IMG/VR virus record: IMGVR_UViG_3300035670_000028 | Span: 32,001 to 96,000 of that record | DNA length: 64,000 nucleotides | Strand: one strand, 5' to 3' | Source: a virus | Shown: in pieces, positions 55,853 through 64,000 of the stretch | Numbering within the stretch: the stretch's first letter is position 1 | How the letters are laid out: each line of letters starts with the position of its first letter | Position numbers and translations under genes: made by a program | Notes under the pieces: model-generated | Told to the model about the DNA's origin: nothing | What the model saw: the letters and a program-made list of their open reading frames with translations, nothing else | Database searches by the model: none

Positions 55853-56068
55853 ATGTCACACCCAGAAGATGATTATCAGGACGACCTAAATGAGTCAGAG
55901 ATGGCTCGAACCTTTCAGTTCGACAAGTTTGTCGAGGACCTCGAGCGTCGAGAGAGGCTCCGCCGAGAGATGTATGAGAACGTTCCGACAGACCACAACC
56001 AGCTGAACAGGCAGCGTGACGCTCAGAATCGAGAGCAGCTTCACAACAGAATTCGGTGGTCTCGATGA
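55853..56068 (+). CDS. Small late protein
   Basis: ATATTTA at 55830; DLNE. Confidence 0.55.
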   Translation: MSHPEDDYQDDLNESEMARTFQFDKFVEDLERRERLRREMYENVPTDHNQLNRQRDAQNREQLHNRIRWSR

Positions 56069-56832
56069 GCACCAAGGACATTAAGTCCCTCGACATCCTT
56101 GTTAAGACTCTCGCCTCTCGAGTGATCAAGGAGACCCTATCACCGCTCCAGGGCAAGGAGACCGAGGAGGACCGCCAGCACGTGATGGCCAAGGAGCTCC
56201 AGTCAATCCGCAAGGCGCCCAGGTCTAAGTCATCAAAGGACGAGGACCTCGAGGAGGCTGAGGACGAGGAGAAGAAGGAAGAGCCCTCAGATGATGAGGG
56301 TGAAGCTGAGTCTGCCCCTGAGGAGAAAAAGTCCTCTGAGTTCGTCTCCAAGAAGATTGCCACGGGCAAGGAGGAGCCAAAGAAGCCGAAGGCCGTGATT
56401 CCTGACCCCACAGAGATCAAGGACGTCACGTTCAATCAGGTCGTCAATATGATGAACATGATGCGATCAGGCAAGTCTGCGAAGGATCCTGACACCAAGA
56501 AGAAGCTTGACTCCTACTTCAAGAACCTGAATCCCGGAGAGAAGCAGGCGCTCTTCGTGCTGTTAAGCGGTCTGACCCAGATTCTTGCAGGTGGTGTCGA
56601 GGGAGATGAGGCGCCTGATCCTGGCAAGGTTGGAATCAAGATACGGCCCAAGCCCTCTGACAAGGACCGACCTGCAAAGACGCCTGAGAAGGTCATGAAG
56701 ACGCCCGGGTCACCTGCCTCCGTCACAAAGCCGACTCCTGCTGCCGATGAGAATCTTCCCATCATCGTGGGTGAGGCTGCTGATCGGTCAAATGTGCTGA
56801 ACAGGGTTAGAAAACTTATGGTGAGGTCATGA
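56065..56832 (+). CDS. Late protein
   Basis: ATGA coupling; SRVIKE. Confidence 0.55.
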   Translation: MSTKDIKSLDILVKTLASRVIKETLSPLQGKETEEDRQHVMAKELQSIRKAPRSKSSKDEDLEEAEDEEKKEEPSDDEGEAESAPEEKKSSEFVSKKIATGKEEPKKPKAVIPDPTEIKDVTFNQVVNMMNMMRSGKSAKDPDTKKKLDSYFKNLNPGEKQALFVLLSGLTQILAGGVEGDEAPDPGKVGIKIRPKPSDKDRPAKTPEKVMKTPGSPASVTKPTPAADENLPIIVGEAADRSNVLNRVRKLMVRS

Positions 56833-57152
56833 AGATCACTAAGAAGCAGCTTAGGATGCTCATAGAGCAGGCGGTCGTTGAGAGTGTGACCGGCGAGAGA
56901 ATGCACCGGTGCTTCCACGGTAATTTAGTCCCATGGGGCACGCAGGAGTGTGTTGACGATATCTCAGCGCGCATGGACGACGCGCGGGCAGTTCGAGACG
57001 AGTGCGACAACCGCACTGACAAGCGTGATTACTACAACGGCGTGCTCAAGGTGCTCCGGCGCGAGCTCCGTGACGCTCAGAAGGTGCTAGGTCTCAACGT
57101 CGAGTCCGATCAGCCCGAGGACGACAACATCCTGCTGGACGACGAGGTCTGA
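56829..57152 (+). CDS. Tagged late protein
   Basis: MKITKKQLRMLIEQAVVE. Confidence 0.6.
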   Translation: MKITKKQLRMLIEQAVVESVTGERMHRCFHGNLVPWGTQECVDDISARMDDARAVRDECDNRTDKRDYYNGVLKVLRRELRDAQKVLGLNVESDQPEDDNILLDDEV

Positions 57153-57153
57153 C

Positions 57154-58437
57154 ATGGGCGGCGTAGCAGGACACCTCTCGCACCTCCATGAGTCAATGGA
57201 CCTCACGTTCGGTGAGATCAAGAGCATCCTTCAGGATGTTGCCACGGCGAACATCAGCGCGCTCGAGAAGGTGGACGGACAGAACATCTTCTTTGGCTGG
57301 GACGCGAAGACAGGCCAGGTCCGCACTGCTAGAAACTCCGGAGACATCGCGAAGGGCGGCATGACCCCCAAGGAGTACGCGGACAAGTGGAAGGGTCACC
57401 CAGCTGAGTCTGCGTTCATGAGCGGTTTCTCAGCGATTGAGCAGGCCATCAAGAGCATGAGCAAGAAGGACCTGACCGCGATCTTCGGCAAGAACAATGA
57501 CAGGTACGTCAACGCTGAGATCATGTACAGCGGCAATCCCAACATGATCCAGTACGATGGAAACTACATCGTGGTGCACAACCTACAGTCATTCGCCGGC
57601 GGTGAGCAGGGAGTCGTCGACACGGGAGAGTTCGACCAGCTTGTCGCCGCAATTGAGGGCTTCGATGCGAAGGTGTCTCGGCAGAAGTGGAAGGTGCACG
57701 GACCACAGCTCGTGGCGCTTAGGGACATCAGCGAGGGAAAGCACTACGACAGCCTAGTGGCAGCCCTTGATAGGGCATCAGGTGGAATGTCCGACAGCGC
57801 GACAATCGGCGACTTTGTGGCTGAGAAGCTTCGTGCAGGCGCTGTGGGAAAACTGAAGATGCCCGAGGAGCGCAAGGAGCGGCTCATCGCACGCATCATC
57901 GGCCTCACGCGCGGCGATGATCCAAAGTCCCTACCTGACCTCCGTGAGCTCAAGCAGGGACTGGACAAGGCGACGCAGGTCAAGATCTCTGAGATGGCCT
58001 CCACATCCTCTGCCCGAGGCACAGCATCGGTGGTCGTTGCGCCCATTGAGCGTGCAATCAGTGACTTCGCCATTGAGGTGCTCAGGGGAATGCAGTCGTT
58101 CTTCGTCTCCGACCACGACACCGAGGTGCAGAGGCTGCGCGCTGAGCTCGAGGACGCAGTCAAGAAGCTGCAGTCCGCGAAGGGCGCCGACGCGAAGACA
58201 ATAGGCGACATGCTTGTGAGGCATCTCGAGAAGCTGGGACACGTCGAGAACGTCGCGCAGTCCATCGAGGGTGTTGTCTTCGAGTATCCTCCTGGCAGCA
58301 AGCAGCTCTACAAGCTTACAGGATCGTTCGCCATGGTCAATCAGATCATAGGACGTGCTCGACGGATGAGTGAGGGCGACGCACCTGTAACCGAGTCACG
58401 TAGTCGCGGATACTTAGCTGCATTCCTCCTAGGATGA
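57154..58437 (+). CDS. Ligase-fold (KxDG) protein, DUF6267-like
   Basis: GHLSHLHE, EKVDGQN, EGVVF..YKLTG. Confidence 0.6.
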   Translation: MGGVAGHLSHLHESMDLTFGEIKSILQDVATANISALEKVDGQNIFFGWDAKTGQVRTARNSGDIAKGGMTPKEYADKWKGHPAESAFMSGFSAIEQAIKSMSKKDLTAIFGKNNDRYVNAEIMYSGNPNMIQYDGNYIVVHNLQSFAGGEQGVVDTGEFDQLVAAIEGFDAKVSRQKWKVHGPQLVALRDISEGKHYDSLVAALDRASGGMSDSATIGDFVAEKLRAGAVGKLKMPEERKERLIARIIGLTRGDDPKSLPDLRELKQGLDKATQVKISEMASTSSARGTASVVVAPIERAISDFAIEVLRGMQSFFVSDHDTEVQRLRAELEDAVKKLQSAKGADAKTIGDMLVRHLEKLGHVENVAQSIEGVVFEYPPGSKQLYKLTGSFAMVNQIIGRARRMSEGDAPVTESRSRGYLAAFLLG

Positions 58438-58440
58438 CTC

Positions 58441-59640
58441 ATGCCCTACACAATCAAGAAAGAGAAGTGCAAGAAGTCAGACGGAGGCAGCGGCAGTCAC
58501 AGGCTTCGATACACGGATAAGAGCGGAAAGAAGCACAGCTCCTGTCACTCATCCAAGAAGAGCGCGCAGGGATCAATTGCAGCGATAGAGATGCGTCGAG
58601 AGGAAGACGAGATGAGTGTTAGGGAGGAAGTAATGTCTGAGATCTTATTGAGAGAGTCTATTCGTGTAATTTTAAGTGAAGCAGGCAATCTGTCAGCACG
58701 AGAAATGCAGAATAGAGCAAAGCGTTGGGATATCTTTCTACAAAAGATGAAAGAGAAGTCTCCGTTTTTTGATCTTGAAGACAATCAGTTTGTAATACCT
58801 GTCGCAGGAAATAAAGCACTTGTTTCAGCTCTCAAAACACAGGATCCTGATGCATACAATGCTGCATTTCAAAGTGGAATTACAACGATTCCTCCTGGAT
58901 CGATTTCGACTCCTTCTAATCTTAAGAAAACACCAGAGTTTGGAGGGCTGGCATCGGGTGCTAGACTAGCAAAAGAGCAAGGACAAATCGATCAAATACA
59001 GGCAGCACTTGACTTAGTTTCTCCTGTCAATGTGTTTGTTGGAAACAAGAAGGCAAAAAATGTTGTTGCAGTTCAAAAAGTAGAAGGTACTCCAAAAGCA
59101 GATGCAGTTTTAGTCGATGAAGCAGGTAAAAAGGTTGCAGCTATATCTCTAAAAGATGCAGATACTCCTACACAGATGCAGCAGTGGGGAGGAATCGATA
59201 ACTACGCTGATCATCCTGAAGTTATTGATTTCGTAAATGATCTTAAGGCAGTGCATGCAAATTCGCCCACAGGCAGAATTGAAACTGCATATTTTCGAAA
59301 GCTGAATGATCCTGAATTAGCTAGAAAAATATGTTATGGAAATGGCACAAGCTTTGAAAACAATTGTGACATGATTATTGCGTCCCAGGCACCAATTCAG
59401 ATTAGTAGTTCAGGAAAAATAACAGCAACGAATATATTCTATGCGCCAGAAATACCGTCTGGTGAATGGGCACCTACTTTTTGGGCAACTTGGCGCACTG
59501 GCCGTGGTAAAAATCTGGGTCTAACAGATATTCGAGTTGGAGTTTATCCTCTTGCCTGGGGAAGCACAAGAGCAAACGAGCCGCTCCCATCATCTAAAAA
59601 ATCTGCACGTACGACTAGATCAAGTAAAACCTCTAGATAA
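58441..59640 (+). CDS. Tagged protein with PD-(D/E)xK nuclease domain
   Basis: LLRESIRVILSE; KE..Q, TPKADAVLVD..ISLKD, QQWGG. Confidence 0.6.
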   Translation: MPYTIKKEKCKKSDGGSGSHRLRYTDKSGKKHSSCHSSKKSAQGSIAAIEMRREEDEMSVREEVMSEILLRESIRVILSEAGNLSAREMQNRAKRWDIFLQKMKEKSPFFDLEDNQFVIPVAGNKALVSALKTQDPDAYNAAFQSGITTIPPGSISTPSNLKKTPEFGGLASGARLAKEQGQIDQIQAALDLVSPVNVFVGNKKAKNVVAVQKVEGTPKADAVLVDEAGKKVAAISLKDADTPTQMQQWGGIDNYADHPEVIDFVNDLKAVHANSPTGRIETAYFRKLNDPELARKICYGNGTSFENNCDMIIASQAPIQISSSGKITATNIFYAPEIPSGEWAPTFWATWRTGRGKNLGLTDIRVGVYPLAWGSTRANEPLPSSKKSARTTRSSKTSR

Positions 59641-59659
59641 ACACAGCGAGTAGCTACAA

Positions 59660-59929
59660 ATGAAAAATTCATTAAGAACATCGATAAGAACAATTCTCAA
59701 GGAAGAGATCACCTCTGCCGACAAGAAGGAGATCGAGAAGATCGCCCGAAAGCAGGCAGAACTTACTCTCAGCCGCGAGCTTGGCCCGGACGTCATGAAG
59801 ACCATTCGCGCTGAGGTCGAGAAGGTGACTGAGAAGACGCTCGGCGGCAAGGAGTCCCAGGCTCAGATCGAGGAGCTCGTGGTGGCAGTTGTCAAGCGCC
59901 TCTACAAGGACATCACGGTCGGCAGGTGA
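59660..59929 (+). CDS. Small tagged protein
   Basis: LRTSIRTILKEE. Confidence 0.6.
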   Translation: MKNSLRTSIRTILKEEITSADKKEIEKIARKQAELTLSRELGPDVMKTIRAEVEKVTEKTLGGKESQAQIEELVVAVVKRLYKDITVGR

Positions 59930-60012
59930 CCAAGGAAGACCTCAAGTGGCCGCTAGGCCTCGTGCTCATGCTGTATATGCTGGGCTTCGCCCTGTACAGC
60001 AAGTTGTGCTGA
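59926..60012 (+). CDS. 28-aa single-TM peptide
   Basis: GTGA coupling; MTKEDLKWPLGLVLMLYMLGFALYSKLC. Confidence 0.4.
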   Translation: MTKEDLKWPLGLVLMLYMLGFALYSKLC

Positions 60013-60014
60013 TG

Positions 60015-60095
60015 CCAGAGGTCCTATAGGACATCCGATTGCCGACCATGGTTATACCCATTCGTCGGATTCGAATCAATCTGTGATCATTCTGG
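60015..60095. other. Long imperfect hairpin between convergent genes
   Basis: Nested pairs CCAGA/TCTGG, ACA/TGT, GATTG/CAATC, CCGAC/GTCGG, ATGG/CCAT. Confidence 0.5.
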
Positions 60096-60098
60096 GGG

Positions 60099-60929
60099 TT
60101 ACAGAATCGATCTGATGAGGGCTCGAAGCAGGGCCTCCGACTGCACCTTTGCTCCGCGCCGCTCGAGTGGGCAGCCGGCTGCGATCGATTGTGAGAGGAT
60201 CGTGCCGATCTCCCGCTTGGCAGCGTCGGACATTGGTGGGAGAAGAGCTGAGAATCCCTTGATGTCGCCCTTGCACAGCATGTCTCTCATCTTGGTGCCG
60301 CTGATCTCCACGGTTGCAGTCCTGGGTATACCAACTCCTTGGATGCAGGGTGCCTCGCAGTCAGCTCCCACGCCAGCCCACAGGTCACCGAACTGCGCCC
60401 TCATCGCCTCGTCCGGATAGTTGCCCACGATGTCCACACTGTCGGAGTAGATGCTGATCACAGTCTCGTCGACCCGTGCCGTCACATTGAGGTAGGGCAC
60501 TCTAAATGACTCACTTCCTGCGTCATATGCAGCCTTGAATGCCTCACACACCTCGAACACGTTCCTCACCGGTGCTGGGCCCACGCCGTCGTCTGGAGTG
60601 AGCAGCCTCACGCTGCTGGGAAGGTCGAGATTCGGTTTGAGAATGTTGGTCCAGATGTACTTCATGTCCGCCCCGAACACAGGGGTCTCACCGGGAGCGG
60701 GCACCTCAATCTTGCGGCCACCCTTTGTGAGAGGCCTCTTATCTGATGGGTCCTTGACCGACTTTGTGCCGCGACCAGAGTAGGAGATGAACACACCCAC
60801 CACGTCGTTCTCAGGAAGGGCTAGCTCCTTCGCAGCCTCTGTGACCCTTAGCCCTGCTGAGATCTGCACCAGCATGTGGTGCCCCGCGTGGTAGGGCTTC
60901 GCGCTCATAGGTACCAGACCAATTTTCAT
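60099..60929 (-). CDS. HIGH-motif nucleotidyltransferase (cytidyltransferase-like)
   Basis: KPYHAGH, ISGTKMR; C-terminal SEALLRALIRSIL. Confidence 0.75.
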   Translation of the reverse strand: MKIGLVPMSAKPYHAGHHMLVQISAGLRVTEAAKELALPENDVVGVFISYSGRGTKSVKDPSDKRPLTKGGRKIEVPAPGETPVFGADMKYIWTNILKPNLDLPSSVRLLTPDDGVGPAPVRNVFEVCEAFKAAYDAGSESFRVPYLNVTARVDETVISIYSDSVDIVGNYPDEAMRAQFGDLWAGVGADCEAPCIQGVGIPRTATVEISGTKMRDMLCKGDIKGFSALLPPMSDAAKREIGTILSQSIAAGCPLERRGAKVQSEALLRALIRSIL

Positions 60930-60998
60930 GTGTTCTCTCCGGAGTATACTTAGCTGTGACAGCCATAACTATACTCCTGACCTGTCAAGAGATAACAG

Positions 60999-62279
60999 AT
61001 GAACGAGAGGCAGCTAAGAGGTGTGATACGACAGATTCTGCATGAGCAGAAAAGTCGAAGGACTCTTCTAGAGTACGGAGACGATGGCGATGGCGATGGC
61101 GGTGCACTCTATAAAGCATTTGTATCTCCATTTGTTGATGTCCTTCAGGCAACTAAACTCGCGAGTCAAGGCATTCTCAACTCGATCAAGCTTGTTTTTA
61201 AGACACTAATCACGCTAAGTCCAAAGAAGCTTGTTGAGGCTCGAAATGACTACACAAAAGTCAAAGACACTCTAGACAAGGAATGGGGGCCTCTCATGAA
61301 GAAGGCCAGAGACTCTGTCGAGAACAGCGACTTTGGTCTTGTCACATTTGCAGTTGCTCCGAATCTATTTTTCGGGTATCAGCTTGCAAAGTTTGGAGCT
61401 GACGCGCCAGGAACCGTTGTTGATTATTTTGAGGGTGCTGGGTGGGACGTTCCTCTGGGTGAGTGGATAAGAAAGACACCCGATGAGAGAGACTCAAGTG
61501 GTAGAGGCGGAGGAGGACGTGACGATGATGAAAGTGAGGGTGGCATAATGAAGTCCCTCCGAACGTTCTTCTTTGGTGAGGGTGTTAGTAGCAAGATTGG
61601 ACCTGACGGAAGACTGCTAAGCGAGGCAGAAGAGGATGAGAAAAAGCAAGACAAATCAGGCCTCTCTAAGTCCAACATCAATGAGAAGATTAACGAATAC
61701 TTTGCAGAGACGGGCTTCGATAAGACGCTCGATGATCTAGCCGATCAGTTTGTGAAAGCAAAGCAAAATCACGCTGATAAGCTTGTTGCAGCCTCTAAGC
61801 AGCAGACAGACACTCTCAAGGCATTCGCAGCTGCGAAGGACATCCCTGAGTTCGAGAAGGTTATTGAGTCCTCAAAGAAGCTCGGCGCTGATGTCTCAGA
61901 AATACAGAAGAAAATTGATGAGCTCAAGAGAGACATCACAAAGAAGTCTGAGGATCTGCTCGAAGATCCAAAGTTCAAGGAAGACATCAAGAAGAAAGCA
62001 AAGGGAAAAGAGCTTTCAGATGCCGACATGAAAAAGGCTACAGAAAATGCAGCAGCTAAGGCTGCTGAAGAGGCCATTGGTGAGCTCAAGAAAAGCGTGA
62101 GTGATGCCCTTAAAGAGTCATTCGACCAGATAAAAAAGCAGATACGAGATGAGCTGACAGATGACATGCCAGATCAAAAGAGCCCATTCTACAAGGCATT
62201 TGCCGCATCACCTCGCGGTAAAGAGATTCTTGCAATAGTCGATAAAGCAGTCAACTCTGTGGGTCCCACCGGTGGATGA
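60999..62279 (+). CDS. Tagged helical late protein
   Basis: MNERQLRGVIRQILHE..LLE. Confidence 0.6.
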   Translation: MNERQLRGVIRQILHEQKSRRTLLEYGDDGDGDGGALYKAFVSPFVDVLQATKLASQGILNSIKLVFKTLITLSPKKLVEARNDYTKVKDTLDKEWGPLMKKARDSVENSDFGLVTFAVAPNLFFGYQLAKFGADAPGTVVDYFEGAGWDVPLGEWIRKTPDERDSSGRGGGGRDDDESEGGIMKSLRTFFFGEGVSSKIGPDGRLLSEAEEDEKKQDKSGLSKSNINEKINEYFAETGFDKTLDDLADQFVKAKQNHADKLVAASKQQTDTLKAFAAAKDIPEFEKVIESSKKLGADVSEIQKKIDELKRDITKKSEDLLEDPKFKEDIKKKAKGKELSDADMKKATENAAAKAAEEAIGELKKSVSDALKESFDQIKKQIRDELTDDMPDQKSPFYKAFAASPRGKEILAIVDKAVNSVGPTGG

Positions 62280-62472
62280 TCTCCGCCTAATCATTCGTGA
62301 GATTCTGCTCGAGGAGTTCATCGGCAACAAGGGCGGAGTGAACTACTACCAGATGGGTGGCTCTATCGGAAAACCTGAGCTCTACAATCTAGACTCCAAG
62401 GGAAGGCCCACAAGAGATCCGGGCGTCCCAGGACTCAAAAAGCGTAAGAGAAACAGAAAACGCAAAGAGTGA
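62272..62472 (+). CDS. Small tagged basic protein
   Basis: DDLRLIIREILLEE. Confidence 0.55.
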   Translation: MDDLRLIIREILLEEFIGNKGGVNYYQMGGSIGKPELYNLDSKGRPTRDPGVPGLKKRKRNRKRKE

Positions 62473-62495
62473 CTCAAATATTTAGGAAAGACGCC

Positions 62496-63422
62496 ATGAA
62501 TAGAAGAGAAGAGCAGGTAATCCGCGATTACGTTCGAATGCAGTTGATAGAGCAGCGTCTACACGAGGCGTCGCAGGGAATGCTAACAAAAGCACTCGAG
62601 ACTGTCACTGATAAGATTGAGTCCGTTCTGAGCAATCTCAGGCAGCTAGGCGGCGATCGCAAAGAGCTACTAGACACGCTCAAGAAGAACGATGGAACTG
62701 AAGCCCTGTCTGCTATTCAGAAACAGGGTGGTGATCTCACAAAACTTGTGAGTGTCCTAAAGACTGCTACACCTGAGCTCAAGGAGGGCACGAGAGCCCA
62801 CCGACGTCACCTCCTCGCAGAGGCTAGAATGCGAGTAACAGACAGGAGGGTGCTCATCAATGAGTCACTGACACTTTTTGCTGCAACAGGGCTAGTGTTT
62901 GCAATCATTGGTGGAATTCCACTTGTGCTTAAAGCACTGGGATGGATTGTTGGTAAGACAAAGTTTAAGTCAGCAGCAGAGAAGATAAACAAGGCAGCTG
63001 AGTTCTTCCATCACCTCGAAGAGGCGTGGATGAGTCTCATTCCAAATAAGCCGCTCTACGCTGTCTACATAATGCTCGAGAGTAAAAATGAACCGGAGCG
63101 TGTTGCGAATCTCAAGATATATGAAGAGGATCCAGAGAATCCTGTTAAGGGCGGCGTTGGATCCAGATCAATGACATTTGAGGAATTTGAAAAGTCAAAG
63201 CTGAAAGTTAAGTACGAGAAGTACGCTTACGCAATCATTATGCTGCCGTGGCTCATAAGCGGTCTCACACAGCTCCATCATGCACTGCATGGGTGGCTTG
63301 GTGCGGTGGAAGCCGCTGCCACCGCTGAGAAGACGTTGTTTGTGGGCACTGCCACTGCCGATGTTGTGACAAAGGGTGCTGCAGAGCTATCTGCTGCTGC
63401 TAAAGCGCTGTCTTCTGTCTGA
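62496..63422 (+). CDS. Tagged late protein with hydrophobic helices
   Basis: VIRDYVRMQLIE..LHE; ATATTTA at 62478. Confidence 0.55.
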   Translation: MNRREEQVIRDYVRMQLIEQRLHEASQGMLTKALETVTDKIESVLSNLRQLGGDRKELLDTLKKNDGTEALSAIQKQGGDLTKLVSVLKTATPELKEGTRAHRRHLLAEARMRVTDRRVLINESLTLFAATGLVFAIIGGIPLVLKALGWIVGKTKFKSAAEKINKAAEFFHHLEEAWMSLIPNKPLYAVYIMLESKNEPERVANLKIYEEDPENPVKGGVGSRSMTFEEFEKSKLKVKYEKYAYAIIMLPWLISGLTQLHHALHGWLGAVEAAATAEKTLFVGTATADVVTKGAAELSAAAKALSSV

Positions 63423-63479
63423 TTTACAGATCTTCTGCGCACATTACTATTCTCTGAGATTTCTATCCTGGAGAGCGTA

Positions 63480-63845
63480 ATGTCGAAGACTGGCAAATCA
63501 AAGAAGTGGGTCCCACAAATTGAGTATGAGGAGGCAGAGAACGGCCTCACGTCCAACATACCATTTATCACTGTTCCAGACGGTGAGGAGATGCCTAGGA
63601 TGCTCTTCGTCTTTGAGTCAAGGGACACGGGCGAGATCGAGCCAGGTCCGGAGGGTGAGGATGTGCCTGTGGTCGAGCTCAACCTGCATCAGTACGTGAA
63701 CATGGTAAACCTGAAGATGGGTCTCACACCTGCTGAGTACGATAGAGTGCGGTTTGTTCTCGGCCTCGATCCCCTGAAGAAGGCTGAAGAGGCGGGCAAG
63801 AAGATAACAGATGCGGTTCGAAAGAAGGTTGAAGGATCTAACTGA
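63480..63845 (+). CDS. Hypothetical protein
   Basis: RBS GGAG and upstream sigma70-like promoter. Confidence 0.55.
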   Translation: MSKTGKSKKWVPQIEYEEAENGLTSNIPFITVPDGEEMPRMLFVFESRDTGEIEPGPEGEDVPVVELNLHQYVNMVNLKMGLTPAEYDRVRFVLGLDPLKKAEEAGKKITDAVRKKVEGSN

Positions 63846-63906
63846 CTTCAATGTAAACGATGCGAACTTCACATATAATTCCTTGCGGCTCTAGCAAGGA
63901 ATACTA

Positions 63907-64000
63907 GTGGCATCAATTACAAGAGATATTGCAGTAAAGTCAATTCAGAGAATGACGCAGTTTCACAAAGAGACGAATGATCTCTTTGAGAAGTATGGCA
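63907..64000 (+). CDS. Partial ORF running off the window
   Basis: RBS AAGGA, GTG start, promoter 63852-63879. Confidence 0.4.
   Translation, partial: MASITRDIAVKSIQRMTQFHKETNDLFEKYG

Noticed and set aside
54815-56435. Long minus-strand ORFs (also 17354-18268, 22893-23825, 37422-38342)
   Set aside because: Antisense shadows of well-supported plus-strand genes, with no recognisable motifs
60060-60085. tRNA suggested by TTCGAATC
   Set aside because: No cloverleaf can be built; the region folds as one long hairpin
1-64000. Stop-codon reassignment
   Set aside because: Core genes are full length in code 11 and TGA, TAA and TAG all end genes

Overview
64 kb of a large, probably jumbo, tailed-phage genome (T4-like/uncultured Caudoviricetes type, fairly GC-rich, standard code, almost all genes on +). 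It contains a replication and nucleotide block (PolA-like polymerase, gp32-like SSB, RecA, 5'-3' exonuclease, DnaB-like helicase, NrdAB, ClpP, DnaE with a mini-intein) and a fibre/virion block (11.2-21.9 kb). It also has BER glycosylases (MBD4-like, Fpg/Nei), a putative base-modification gene set (dUTPase/dCTPase-like, HAD, divergent ThyX, NDT, SDR, kinase-TS-like fusion, MTase), two arrays of tiny KOW/SH3-like genes, and a late block of probable head/internal and lysis proteins. Main observations: (1) three islands strongly depleted of the trinucleotides GAC/GTC, in a genome that otherwise uses them heavily; (2) about 20 hypervariable 'xxGDLV' microgenes joined by a junction motif that supplies both the next start and the previous stop; (3) at least 14 unrelated proteins sharing an 'LRxxIRE/ILxE' tag, many behind an ATAYTTA late promoter (candidate capsid-cargo addressing system); (4) a Gol-like major-capsid peptide fused to one microprotein; (5) a candidate cytosine-modification pathway. 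All calls come from motif recognition by eye. No database search was run and counts are manual.
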